Of a DNA stretch of 64,000 bases, positions 39,754 through 53,361 are shown one piece after another. Position 1 is the stretch's first letter. Every line of letters starts with the position of its first letter. The notes under the pieces were generated by a model. That model saw only the letters and a list, made by a program, of their open reading frames with translations, made no database searches and was not told where the DNA came from. Made by a program: the position numbers and the translations under genes. The stretch comes from Syncephalis fuscata S228 (taxonomy: Eukaryota; Fungi; Zoopagomycota). The DNA is taken from the NCBI GenBank assembly GCA_025786725.1, contig JAHLTZ010000011.1:620001-684000 (forward strand), given 5' to 3'.

Positions 39754-42352
39754 CTAGAAATGTACGAATTTTCGGCAGTGATGCGAGCCACACAAGCACG
39801 GATATTCACCAGCACGAGGCTTTTTACCGGCTGACACGGCTTCCATGTTATTATCGCGTGATAATGGACCTTGTCCCAACACACTGGGTGGCTTACTTGC
39901 TTGTCGATCTTGATAATCATCATCGCCGCTATCGTCATCTTTGGCCTCATCTTCATCGGCATCTTCATCATCATTATCGATAGGAACACCGCCCATGTAG
40001 TCAAAGGTTAGTTCTTCAAATTTACTAATGGATCGCCGAGTAAAAAACGCCAACTGATGCAATGTTGCTTCCCATGTGTTAATAAATACGGGAATGACCA
40101 TTAAATTGGGATCACAGCTGTGATTGAAAAAGCGTGTGAAATTACCGCATGGATAAGCATCTACTACGTATTTGCAAGTGTCGTGTCCATGCCAGTCCAG
40201 ATCAAATAAATAGGTACGACCAGCATCGTCATAGTCGTGCCCACGTCGTTCAGCCTCTTCATTCGTGATGACTTCACCGAGGTATCGTTCGATATAGGTA
40301 CCGGCCGGTAAGTCTTCCATCGTACGAATACCCCAGCCTCGATTCGATGTTTTAAATAGCTGTAGTTCAACTGTTCTACCACGTTGCACAACTCGATTTG
40401 GACAATAGATGCTACAGCCACATTTAACACTGCATTCATAGATGGCAGATCCTTGATCGATGCGCAATTTTCCATTGTTGAGATAGGCAAACATGTTGTC
40501 TGAGCTACGTAGACAGTCACAGGTCGATTTTTCGGATGAACTGCATTTACCATAACAGCTACAGCCGATCATGAAATCTGAACCAGACAATTCTATCAAA
40601 TAATCATTGGTGCGTAGATCGTTAATATACTGAAATGTAACTAGCAGGCCTTCATCGTCGACATTATTAACTACTGTCAAACGTGGTCCCAAATCAGAGG
40701 CTAGTAATTCTTCAATCTTTCTCAAATTATGTTGATGCTTCTCATTACGGTAACAATATGGTTCGCACACCTTAAACACGCCAGGTCCTTTGATAGAATC
40801 TATTACACGCTGTTCTTTAAATAATAACTGCCTATAGTCCGCTATAGTTGTTAGTGGTAGTGACGAGGATGAAGATGCAACTGGCGTTTTACTTGAAGAC
40901 CTTGCTTTCTTCTTATCGTTTACGCTCTTAATACGCTTATTATTCATATTTGTTGACTATTTATATTATGGATTAGTAATAAATACAAGTAATATTATTT
41001 ACATACCTTCACTTGATCATGCCATTCACGCATTAAATAATGCTCAGGAAATGTTGGTAATGTTCTTACCAAGCTTCCATTTTTTAATGCCTTTTTCACC
41101 TTTTCTTTCTTCATCAATTCATCATTAAACGCTTTGACTAGATGTTGACAGTTAAGATTTTTATAAGGCTCCCATGTATTGTTATCATGCGAGTATCCTT
41201 TCCATTTTACAAGATAGAATCGTTTTGACTATTATGATATAATGTTATATATATTGTGATATGACATAATGTTATATATTGTGATATGACATAATTATGA
41301 TGTTACTTACTTTAACTGTACGTTTAGCCAAAATCTTTTCTACCTACATATTCATTAAATATTAATTAATTAATCAATCATATAATTACTTACTTCGAAT
41401 TCTTCATTGTCACTTTCTTTCTTTCTGCTGACGTCATTAGTATTAACGCCATTAGTATTAATAACATTATTATTCTGTTGCTTCTTGGCACTATCTTGTT
41501 CCATTTCTTCTTCTTCTTCTTCTTCTTCTCCACTTTCATCAATAACAATTCGCTGTTTTCTTTGACAACTAGTTGATTCATCTGATGTTTCATCTGAAGA
41601 GTCCAAGTGAATTGCATTAAGTGTATCCACCTTATAATTTACACTATTATTTGGTCGTTTTCTTAATCGTCTATATATTATAATGGATTCATCACTGTTA
41701 CTTGTATCGCTTGACTCGATAGGCTTAGAGTTGTATATTATATCTGGCTTATTTAAATTGAAAGCATGTGATTTAGATGTAGATGTCTTTTTAGGACTAT
41801 TGTTTGTATGTAGCATAGAATCATTAGACACTGCTACTAGGGGACTTGTTTGCTTTTGAGCTGTTGTTAATGCCACTGGCGGTGTATATCCTAGGGATAT
41901 AGATGACTGAGTTGGCTCTTTTATCGTTGCCTCTTCATCTGAAGATGATTCTGATGAAGATATTTTAATGACATGGCTACTTGTCACTGTTGGTTTTAAT
42001 TGTTTAGACGTGTTTACCGATGGATGCAGCTGTCTATCAGAAGTATAAACACTAGATGCAGTGCCATTTAACGATGACTGTAATATTGATGGTGCTGTTG
42101 TTCTCGGGCTAAACGAATGGCGCTTTGGTATAGTATAATTATCAAGATGGAACTCTTTAGGCTGATAGTTGTTGGCATAGTAATGCTTAGAAAGAGTAGT
42201 ATTGGCGCTATCTGTATTCTTTACTATGCTTAATGGAGTACCAAATCTACTTGTTTACATGAATGTTAGTAATATGTACTATTTATATTGGCCACTACGA
42301 ATAGACCAATATATTTACTAGTGTTATATAAGCCTGTCGTATTAATAGGCAT
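39754..42352 (-). CDS. clr4: Chromodomain plus pre-SET/SET/post-SET histone H3K9 methyltransferase (Clr4/SUV39H family)
   Basis: Chromodomain EFEVEKIL..FYLVKWKGYSHDNNTWEP split over small exons. Pre-SET GCSC..C..CDC..IYECSVKCGC..CPNRVVQ. RGWGI, YLFDLD, RFFNHSCDPN, ELTFDY, post-SET CLCGSHHC. The 5' start is approximate. Confidence 0.9.
41241..41295. repeat. ~27-bp direct duplication inside a clr4 intron
   Basis: aatgttatat(at)attgtgatatgacat occurs twice in tandem. Confidence 0.75.
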
Positions 42353-42850
42353 TGCTACTTACAACAAAGGTTTTCGTATGCGCTTATGCGCAAACCTTTT
42401 TTGATTAGTATTGTTACTATTGTTATTATTGTTATTATTCATCGTCTTTCGACGTAAGCAGCAATAACAACAATAGCAATGACAATGATAAGAACCAAAG
42501 TAGTTAACAATGAATCAAATTGTATGCTAAGTGTAAGTGTTTGTGTAAGTGTAAGTGTGTGAGCGAGTAAGTGTTTAAGCGCGTTATTTGGTTAAATTAC
42601 AATAATTTAAATTCCGTTTTTTGCTTCATTTTTATTATTGATATAGCTCGTGTACAGATATTGTGTGTATCTGTGTGTGTATCTGTGTGTGTATACGTGT
42701 GTGTGTATTTACACCACCACAAATAAGCTGACGTATATTCAATACTAATGAGCAATAAGAACAACGATCCAGCTGAAGTAGACACTAGTCACTCCAGTAA
42801 GTATTTACTTTTGGTATGGATATTTGTAACAAACCTTAAAACTAGCGACT

Positions 42851-44600
42851 ATGAATGTCGACGAAGAGACCAAGTGGACACCGGCTGTCACTAGTCAATG
42901 GGATGCTTATCACGGCCATAACCATGGACATGATAGCGAGGACAAGGGCCGTGCTGAAGAGGACGATACTGTGGCGGAACAACGAGTATTCCGTCGTACA
43001 TTAATGGCTATGGTGGGCTACCGACGACATAGTATGAATGTTAATCAACGTCGTCGACGAGAATGGCACCTGCTGCCAGAGAGACATCGATCATTGATGC
43101 CCAGTTATGAGGAGAAGTTAAATCGTATCGATACTACTATTGAGGCGAATGCACAATTTCTTCGGCTTGTCGCTTCGCATGCGTGTCAGTTTTCAGATGG
43201 TGACTCGCAGGTAGATACTGATGCTAAGTGTTAGTACATCTACTTATCTATCTATAGATCATCAATATACTTCGATCAGATGAAAAAACACCATCGGTTA
43301 TTGTGGCAGAATCAGATATTGATAAAGTACGCAGTACACTGAAACAAGTGGTACGCGACTGGACAGTAGAGGTAAGTCGTTGATGGCTTAATACTTTTAA
43401 ATAAACCATGCTCGATTATTAGGGAGAAATGGAGCGAACGGCAACCTATAGTCCTATTATGAAAGCACTCGAGGATATCTATGGAGCCTATTCTATGGAT
43501 GAACGGTCGGTTGATTTACCGTCTAATCGTTAATTAAATAGCTAAACTTGTTGAATATAGAGCAAAGCTTCGTGTTTTAGTACCAGGTGCAGGATTGGGC
43601 CGACTTGCTTATGATATTGCTAAGCAAGGTACGTAACTATAATTTGCAATAGTAACTCGTCTAATTTATCTAATCCATTGATATATATATATATATATAT
43701 AGGCTATAGCTGTCAAGGTAAGTAAAATAGATGACATTGATAATTAATGTATAGATGGATTAACTAGCAACTCAAAGGAAATGAATTTTCATTCCATATG
43801 GTAAATAGCTATGTTTATTAATTAGTATAATAGTGTTTAATAGAGTAAAAGCTTTTTATGTCAAATTATCTATTAAATAGGTATTTACAGCTATTAAAGA
43901 GTAGAATGCTAATTAAAATGCTATACAATAGTGTAGAGCGAGTGGGTCAACATGAAATTTATCCATTTGTCCACGTATTTTCCAATATTCGTGACAGCCA
44001 AGATATGCTTAAGTCGATAGCGGTACCCGATGTACTGCCCTCTAATCTTCCACCAAATGTTGACTTTTCTATGGTAGCCGGTGAATTCATTGAAGTTTAT
44101 GATATTCCTGAACAATATGGTGTGTAAAAGTAACTATCGCTAGTTCATAGCAATGCTAATAGCTGTTATTTAGGCTCTTGGGACTGTATTGTAACGTGCT
44201 ATTTCATCGATACTGCACACAATATTATAGAGTATTTGGAAACCATTCGCAAACTGTTGAAGCCCAATGGATGTTGGATCAATTATGGTAAGTGATTCGG
44301 CGAATGGCCAACCAATCCGCATAGAAGGAAGCAATACTCACCGTTGACAGGCCCGTTACTTTATCATTGGGAGGGTGTTCCTGGTGAACGATCAGTGGAA
44401 TTGAGTCTTGACGAATTGATGCAGGTGATACGAACCATGGGTTTTACTATCAAGGTACATGTTCTTTAATCTACAGTATAGAACTGGCATTAATTACAGT
44501 CATTTAGGATGAAACGATGTGTACGGCAACGTATGCAGCCAATCCAGATTCCATGCTTAAATACACTTATAACAATGCTTTCTTTATTGCTCGTCCTTAA
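42851..44600 (+). CDS. N2227/CARNMT1-family (carnosine/histidine) N-methyltransferase
   Basis: [21 protein letters not shown]; [16 protein letters not shown]; QGNEFSFHM; [12 protein letters not shown]; [16 protein letters not shown]; WINYGPLLYHW. About 10 introns including micro-exons. Confidence 0.9.
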
Positions 44601-45965
44601 TAAAATGCTATGCATTAACTATAATTACACACATATGTGCATGTTATTTATTAAGATCAATAGTGTTGCTGGCTAGTCTTTATGTGCTCCTAAATTCACG
44701 TGTAACTTCTATTTAGAAGATATGTTCGGTAGTCCAGACTATTAATTGCCGTTGCTGCATCAATTTAGCGTATTTGTATGGTAAATCCCTATGGACATCC
44801 ATTAGATAATACTTTATTTTGCATCAAGAGCTGCATACTCTACTGTATATACTAAACCGGTAAATAGTGTGACTGCGCGGTTTTAGTCGGATGTTCTACG
44901 TATACTTTGTTGCTGTTGACGAACAAGTAAAGGCGACTCTGACGACAACACTTTTGTTGTTAACGATTGCCCCGCCAGTAGCACACACACATGACATCAC
45001 TGCTCGCCTATTGTGGCAACTTGAGCGAAGCAGCTGCCATTTCCTCGCCTTAATAGGATCATTTTAGTGGATTTTTGTTTTTGTAGAATTGTGACGGTCT
45101 TGCCGATATGCCAGTTATGTCGACTACTCGGAAATAGACACACAGATCTCTGTCTCCCGTCCTCTTTCCTTCTATGAATAGCAAGGACAGATCTAGCCTA
45201 ATGGTAGCGACTATAGCAGTGCATTAACGAGAAAAGTCGACTTCATTTAAGGATGATGGTGATACAAGCCTGGCATGAATGTGGTATGAATAGTAATTAA
45301 TTAATAATTCAGCGTGTTTTATTATTATTATTGTAAATTATGCATGGCAAAACATGCGTCCCCTATTGACTACTAGAGATAATACGCTGCATAGACAAGT
45401 TTTTTGTACACGGACAGATTGGAGCGCGTGAATTCGACGCCACTCCTTGACTCACACCTGTACGACGAAGGTCGCGCGATGCCGCGTGATCAAGCACTCG
45501 TCCCACAGGCTAGCCAGTGGTTAGGATAATGGCTGGCGGATTCACTTTACCATGATGGCAATGGATGAATAGATGTTCGGCTTTTGCGTTATTGTCATGT
45601 GGGGTAGACTAGCAAATTTATCTTTAAATACAACACCATAGAACGGTTGATTTTAATTTTGTCAACAACTTTCACCGACTTCTAGCAACCCCAACAACAA
45701 CAGTAACGCCTGTTTTTCCTTATCCCCAACAGTTATCTTTGCCATTCACGTTATTGTACCTGTCTATTGAACGTGTACCTGCTACGTTTTTTCTTTTATT
45801 TATCGCGATATTGCCCTGTTACGTGCTCGATCGATTGTTTATACCCAACTGTTCACACATTATTGAATTGTCTTTGTTGTTCTAGCGTTTCATTAACTTG
45901 CTGTTTCTTTTTAACGAATTATTTCAATTACCATTTTTCCACATTACCCCACATCTTTGATCAAT

Positions 45966-47200
45966 ATGGTAAGTAGTAATTATAGTTAATTTCCATTTTA
46001 ATAACACGAATTACTAAATTAATTAATATTATTTATTTATTAGTTGCGTTCATCAATTTTACTTTTATTGACCGCATTTGCCGCGTCTTCACTTGCTGCC
46101 TCAGTCAACGATGCTCATCCTGCCGCCGCCGATACTGCTGCCACCGCCGATGCATCAGCTAACAAGTCCAATACAATCTCCCCCAACGCTAGCGTGACCG
46201 GTAAAAAACCGTTGGTCTCACTGCCCCAACCGGCAATTCAGTCAGTGCAAGTGTTTGCGACTTTCGCCGCCGTGGCTACTTGTAACGCCAAGGGATGGAA
46301 CTGTGGTCCACGATGCGAAGGTCTAACGGCTGGCACCAATTTTGTCCGCGACTTCTACGACCAAGGCACCAATACCTATGCCTATATTGCTACAAACGAC
46401 AAGTACCAGCGTATTATCGTTTCATTCCGTGGATCGGTCGATGTGTCCTCCTGGATTCAAAATCTTAATTTCGGCAAAACACAAGTAGGCTGGCTCAAGA
46501 ATAACGATGCCTGGGTGCACGCCGGCTTCCTTAACTGCTACGAAGCCATTCGCAATGATTTGAAGAGTGAAATCGCCAGCCTCGTGAAACTTTATCCCAA
46601 ATATACAGTCACATTCACTGGCCACTCATTGGGTGCAGGTATGTTTTATATTTGTTCATTACTATTTGATTAACACTTACTTTATTTTATTTAGCACTTG
46701 CTGTACTTGCCTCAGTTGATGCACGTATCTCAACACCATCTGTTTATCAACAAACAGTTACGTTTGGTGAACCACGCGTTGGCAATCCTGCTTTTGCCAA
46801 TATGGCCTCAGCTCTTTTGAAGCAAGCAGTCAGCTCAAGAACAGGCGGTTATATTCCATCGCCAGTACGTGTGGTCAACTACGACGATATCGTGCCACGT
46901 TTGCCACCCACCATGTTCGACTACCAACACCATGACACCGAGCTATGGATCAGCACCGACAAGGGTGATCAAGCATCTCTTTGCGAGTCTGGCAAACAGC
47001 AAGAGGATCCTAACTGTGCCAGATCAAAGTCTGCCTCTATTAATGTCGATCGCCATAACAACTACTTTGGTGTACTTATGGGCCGCTCTGGTCCATGTAC
47101 CGTTTCTGCACCCACTTTTGGCAGCTCGGTGAACAAGAGCGCGGCCCCTCAAACTGCAGAAAACCGTGCCGCTCTTGTCGCTGCCACTAATAACCAGTAA
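45966..47200 (+). CDS. Secreted class 3 lipase (paralog of 18781-19937)
   Basis: ATG-only first exon; signal peptide; SFRGS, VHAGF, GHSLGA, TFGEPRVGN, NYDDIVPRLP, HNNYFG. Confidence 0.93.
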
Positions 47201-47220
47201 TAACCAGTAATAACCAGTGA
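47188..47220 (+). repeat. 10-bp tandem repeat (TAATAACCAG)x3 spanning the lipase stop codon
   Basis: taataaccagtaataaccagtaataaccagtga read directly. Confidence 0.85.
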
Positions 47221-47383
47221 TGGATGGAGAATTAATAGTAATTTTTATTATTATTATTGTTAATGCTATTATTAATGTTGCTATGATAACGAAAGCTATT
47301 GCTATGAAATAAATAAGTAAATAATGCTATGAATAAATGATAGTCAATATGCACGTAATAATCAATGAATGTAGTAAATATCA

Positions 47384-48801
47384 TTACAATCTTGTTTCTT
47401 TGTCTAATTTACTCTGTACCATTTGGACGAGTAAGTCCGAGTATTGTACTAGCAATTGCTGCATTGGATCAATGGTTGTTGGATTAGCTGAATTGCGTGT
47501 TGGGCCATTATTAATCGGTGCCACTAATGGATCGGAAACCTGTTCTACCATCACATTTGGCAGCGACACTTTACCACTTGTATTAGGCGTCTTATTGGCC
47601 GGTGGGGACTCGTGTAAACCAGTCGGGTCATTAGCCTCGTTTTCGTGTCTGCCTTTACCGTCCAATGGATCATCGGGCAAAGTAATGAGCTGTTCAACAA
47701 GTTCATTTTGTGTTTGTGTCAATGTGTCACGTATTTGATAAATGGTATCCGACTCGGTAGCTGATATCTTTTCGCTTTCCACTGCTTCAATTAATTGACG
47801 GTAATTTGCTAATGCCGTATTTAATTTATCACGGGCTGATAATACAAGTTCTAGTAATTGATTAACATTGGGTAGTTGATTCTCTTTAGCTATAATAATA
47901 AATACAATTAGTATTCAATCATTCTAATATAATTGTCTATTACCTAGTGACTCGGTTAGTGTAGAATCACGTTTTAATGTAGTACATTGATTAGAACCGG
48001 AATCTTGAAGTGGACGTTCGCTTGAAGGTTCTGTTTGTGACTTTTTCATAGTAGTAGATACGACACGTGTCGTAGCCGGAATAGCAGCACGATTTGTCGT
48101 TGCTTCTTTAGGTTTAGAACCGGATTCCACAACTATATCCAATGGTTCATTGCGTCGTCGTTGACCACTCGCTACTTCTAAATCACCAGTCATCTCTTGA
48201 CGTCGTCGCTGTGTGCCATGGCCAAAATCATCAACTGACGTGGATGACCTATGACGTACATGCATACTAGCCTTGCCTTTAACACTAGACAAGCCATTCT
48301 TTCGTGTTCCCAATCCTTCTGTTATACGTTTGGTAATGCTGGTGGTGCTAATGGCCGTTGGTGACATGGCTATGGGTGATATTTCCGATGCTGATACTGT
48401 GCCCATAATAGTCGATACAGTTAAGCCTCGATGTGTTTTCTGTGCTCTTGTTCCATTGACAGGTGCAATAGTAGGTGATCTAGATCCAGCTGATAGTGTC
48501 GGTGAACGTAAACCAATATTGGGTTGTTGACTTGAAGTCAATGGTATTATTAATGCTGCTTCGTTAGTATCAAAAATATCAATAGATCGTGCCATAGTTG
48601 GTGGCGCACTTAATGGTGAAAAGAAATCCTGGTTTGTAATACTCGGCATTGCCGATAAATCAAGACTACGGCCATTTCGACGCCCAATAGTTTGTAAATA
48701 ACTATTGCTGATACTATTACGCATAGCATGAGTTGCTATTGGTATTGGTCCTAGTAGATATTCATCAAATGAAACGGTACTCTTGTTATTTGTATCGCCG
48801 T

Positions 48802-48832
<31 letters not shown>

Positions 48833-51800
48833 ATCATCTTCTTCGTCTAATTCGTCGCAATCATCAAATTGTATTGATATTTCTTCAGAATCTGAAATAT
48901 TTTTATCATCAGAATCAATTGATGGCGATGGTGTAAGACAGGCTGATTGTGATGTACATGTAACCTGGAATAGTCCTGGTGCTGTGCCAGTCAGTTCAGT
49001 TAATAAAAACTCTGGATCTGACTCGCCGCCTGAATGGTCTTCTCCAATTGAACCATGTATGCCAAACAAATTCTCTTCGGTATCTTCGCCAGAACTGGTA
49101 TTACTTTGTAGATCTGTGCTTGATAAACTGCCTTTAGCCAATTTACCTAAACTACTTTTCAATGGACTTGTATGACCACCGCTGGCTAAAGATGAATTTC
49201 GACCACCTGTAAAGTAATTATTTGTAGTATTTGCAAATTTAGAACCACTACTATGGCGCCGGTTATCGCGTAACGTATCAGCCGAGGATTGTCGCCGCAT
49301 TGGTGCATCTGACACCTCCCCTTCCGGTATAGGTTCAGCTGGGCGTGATGATCGGCTAGTTTCTCGCACAGTTGATAGAATAACGCCACGTTTAATAGCG
49401 CGCGAGCGCATATGTGACACAACTGGTCGATCAATTCGCCATACAAAAATACAGCCATCTCCTGAAGTAGATATAACGCGGGCACAGTCGCGTGTAATTC
49501 TTACACCAGTTATCAGCTCTGAATGGCCACCCACACAAGCAACGGTTGCACCGGTGCCCAGATCGTGTAAACGAACACGCTTATCGGTACCGGCAGTTAC
49601 GGCATATGATCCAGATGGATCTAGCGCAATGCGAATCAAATTGCCTTCTGCTGATGACAAATCATCTGTACGATTATCTGGCCGTACAGAATTGATAATT
49701 TTACCACTTGAAATATCCAATACATTAACAAGGCGATTTTGAGTAGCCACTGTCATTTGATTCTGTATGTCATCAACATCCATATCATAAATAGTGACAC
49801 GGCCAGCATGCAAATGATATGTAGAGAATGTTGCATCCTAATAGTCATATAATAACAGTAATAATAATACAATTAATAAAATATTATAGCTGGTGTAATG
49901 ATTTACCTCGTGTTTTGAGCGAAAGACAATACTTTTATCAGCACCACAGCTAATAAGACGACGTCCTCGATCGGCAAATTTTACACCTGTAATAGACGAT
50001 GAATGTTCGTCAAGTGTTTGTTGTAGTCGAAATGTATCTCGTACATCGAATATATGTACTAATCGATCACGGCCAGCCGAGGCTAGTAAATATTCATCTT
50101 TAACTAGTATTGATCAATACAGTTAGCTAGAACGTTACACTATTTATCTATATCTTTAATTACCACGCATCGGTTTTGAAAAGTCTATAGTAAGAATCTC
50201 GGCATCATGTGCCTCATGATAGGCTATCAAATCAAAGGTTGAAAGATCATGAACACTAATAGCACTGTATTAGTACAGTATTCTATCTAAACCATTTATA
50301 TGTGTATTTAATTACCGTAAATTACCGGCTCGGTCACCTGTTGCTAAGTACCGCGCATCCGGACTAATATCAATGGCCCTTACGCCAACTACCGTACCAT
50401 CAATGGCATCACTTGTACTGAACGACTGTCTAGGTACTATATTATTCACCAATTAATACTTATTTATGACATGGGCACTGTTATTTACATGGATCACGTC
50501 GGCGTACACTTTGTTTCCAGGTAGGATCAACGTAAAATTGGTGTAACAGTTCTTTTCCCCCAATATTACGTGTGCCAATCGGTCGATTTGGGTGTAAATT
50601 CCAAAATCTTACACTGCCATCCGATGAATAAGTAACAAACGTGTTGGATGGAAATGCTGCATTGGCTGTTTTTTTAATAGGTAACATCTAAAAGCAATTA
50701 ATCAAATCGGCTAACTAGCTATTAATACTAATTGCTAACAACTACTTACCTCAACTCCCCATACACTTGCACTATGGTAGAGAATACTGCGACAGCGACC
50801 AATACGATATATTTCTGTTATATCCCATACGTAGATACTATGGTCGCTATAGATGCAGGTTACTTTGCGGCCACAGTGATTAATCTTTAAAGCAATACAG
50901 TCTGGATAGTTTTCGGCACTATCTGATGGAACTTGCCTATTGTATATTAGTATACTAAATGACTAATCAATCGTGGCCACTTACTCGTTAGCCTTATTAA
51001 ATTCAATGCCTAAAGGATGCGGTTTAGGCAAAGAGCCTATGTAGGTCAGTGTTACGGGTTCGAATAGTCTTTAGATGTACAATAATTTGCCATTAGTTTA
51101 TAATTATAATTTGTCAAATTAACCTACCGTACAATACCATCAGATCCGCCACATACAACAAAGTCACTGCTTACATCAACACACTTGGCCGACTTAACCT
51201 TTATCGCTATCATAAGTATAACCGATACTTTTTATTTATCCTACGGCGCCTTACCTGTAAATCAACCCAACGATCTAATACTCTGTCCTTGACAAATAGA
51301 CAAAGAAGTCCTGTACTGGCAACAAGATAGGTGTATTCGGCTCCATTGGGGCCAGTGCCACATGCTGCGTCAAGAAATGTATTATTACAAAGATCGGCCA
51401 GAATCCCCGAACGGCCCTGAAGTATCCGAACTGTACGTGGACTTTGACTATCTTTTGTCGATGTCTATAATACACTTTGTTGTTACAATTACTGCTAAAC
51501 CTTTATTTGTTACTCAATTTACCTTGCATGAAGGCAGGTTGCCATTGGTATCCAGATACCAATATTTAACAAACCGTTGGCCAGATGTGACGCAAAAACT
51601 ACCATTCTTAGAGAATACTATACTTTGAGTCTACATATTGGTATTAGCACATAATAGAAAATAAGCCAATTTTACTTGCTTTATTGACTATTTTGTTGGA
51701 TGTCAGTTTAATGCCTTGTCGCCACTGCCAAATGTAAAGAAATCCATCATGCTAGCAAAAAAGTATGAATAATCCGTTGCCATTATAATAAATATAATAA

Positions 51801-52645
51801 TTACCTGTAGACCACAAGAAACTAGAAATTTATTATTTGGTGAAAATGATATAGAAAGCACACCAAAACGATGACCACGTAATTGTGCCACCAAATTGTA
51901 TGTTTTTAAATCCCATATAAGAATACGCGGTCGGTGTCCAATCTAAATATAACCGATGATTATTAAGTTTATGATTCCTATTACCGCCTAATTGTATTAC
52001 CTCGCCAGCTGCTAAATAATTACCATCGGCCGAGATAGCAAGACAAATAAGCGTTTTGAGCGGTGCATGTGCATGCTTTTTCATAGCCATTCGTGTACTG
52101 GCCAGATTGGGATTACCGGCCGTGTTACTACCATTCAATGAACTACTATTACCACTACTAGACCCGTAACCAATTGAAGAGTAACTAACGGCATTTGCAC
52201 TGACACTCATACCATTGCCACCTGTGCCATTACTTGGGCTTAATCCCACTGTGGCATCACTACTGGATAGCGGTGTATATGGTGAATTGGCCGTTAAAAA
52301 GCCTATTTGTTTGTTACGACGATGATCGTAAAGCACAACAACCGAACCAGCTAAATAGGCAATGATATCCTGGGTAGGATGTGCAGCCAAGGCAGTGTTG
52401 TTACCTGTAGTTAAGCCAAAAATATGCTCCAACTCCATCTATTGCAAATAAAACGCTATTTAATCAACAACCTTTACTACCTCTAAGTGTCTTACCCGTG
52501 GTTTTGGAGTAAGGTCACGTTTCTTGCGGCGTACCATCATACCACTACTTGCACCTGTCGATGTGGTATTCGCGGTACTCAAGTCGGCTGCACTTGCCAC
52601 ATATCGTCGATTAGTGGCATTTTGATGCCGCGACATACTAGACAT
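47384..52645 (-). CDS. WDR62/MAPKBP1-family WD40 protein
   Basis: N-terminal [15 protein letters not shown]...[17 protein letters not shown]; multiple WD repeats ([25 protein letters not shown]); disordered middle; C-terminal [17 protein letters not shown] resembling the WDR62/MAPKBP1 dimerisation helix. About 12 introns. Confidence 0.85.
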
Positions 52646-53329
52646 TTAAACTAGTTTGCACCAGCGCCTTCTTTACTACTGATGAATGGCCGGTTATTAC
52701 TGTTCAAATACACAGACTAGATTACATGAGAGTTGCAAAAGCTATGACAACGTTCAAAATGACAAGAAGACCAAGATGTCGTTATTTTCGTCTACGCTAA
52801 TGTTAAGCAAAGCCTTGGGATTCTTGTAGGAATCAGAGAAACAAACTATCGAAGAAACTGCAAAATATGCAAATGAAGAGTCGGTCAAGTGTTATGCGCC
52901 AACAATGTCAAAGCAGTATTGCTGTTAATGGTCTGCAGGCCGTCAAATAGGCCAGCTGCGTGGCAATGACACGCGTAGACTGCTTAGGTGCCTATACCAG
53001 CGTATGTACTACACGGGTACACGTGTCTCTATCAATAATAGTTGACGAGTCACTACTACCACTACCACCACCACAAAAACAATTGGAACGTGAAAGTAAA
53101 AAATGATAATATGAAAAGAAGAAATAATCAAAATTCGGTAGTATTGGTTGTAGATTGCTGTTTAAAGATGGAAAGAATTGATCAAAGATACTGAATTGGC
53201 ATTATTAAAGCGTTTAGTTACAAGGTCAGCTGACTGAAGCTGCTTTTATTGCTGCTTTGTACGTTACTGCAGTAAATCCCCCAGGCCGTCTGAGTGCCAT
53301 CCTTGCCAAGGGACACTGCTTATTCCCTT

Positions 53330-53334
<5 letters not shown>

Positions 53335-53361
<27 letters not shown>
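53335..53361. repeat. (CTG)n microsatellite
   Basis: gctgctgctgctgctgctgctgctgct read directly. Confidence 0.85.
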
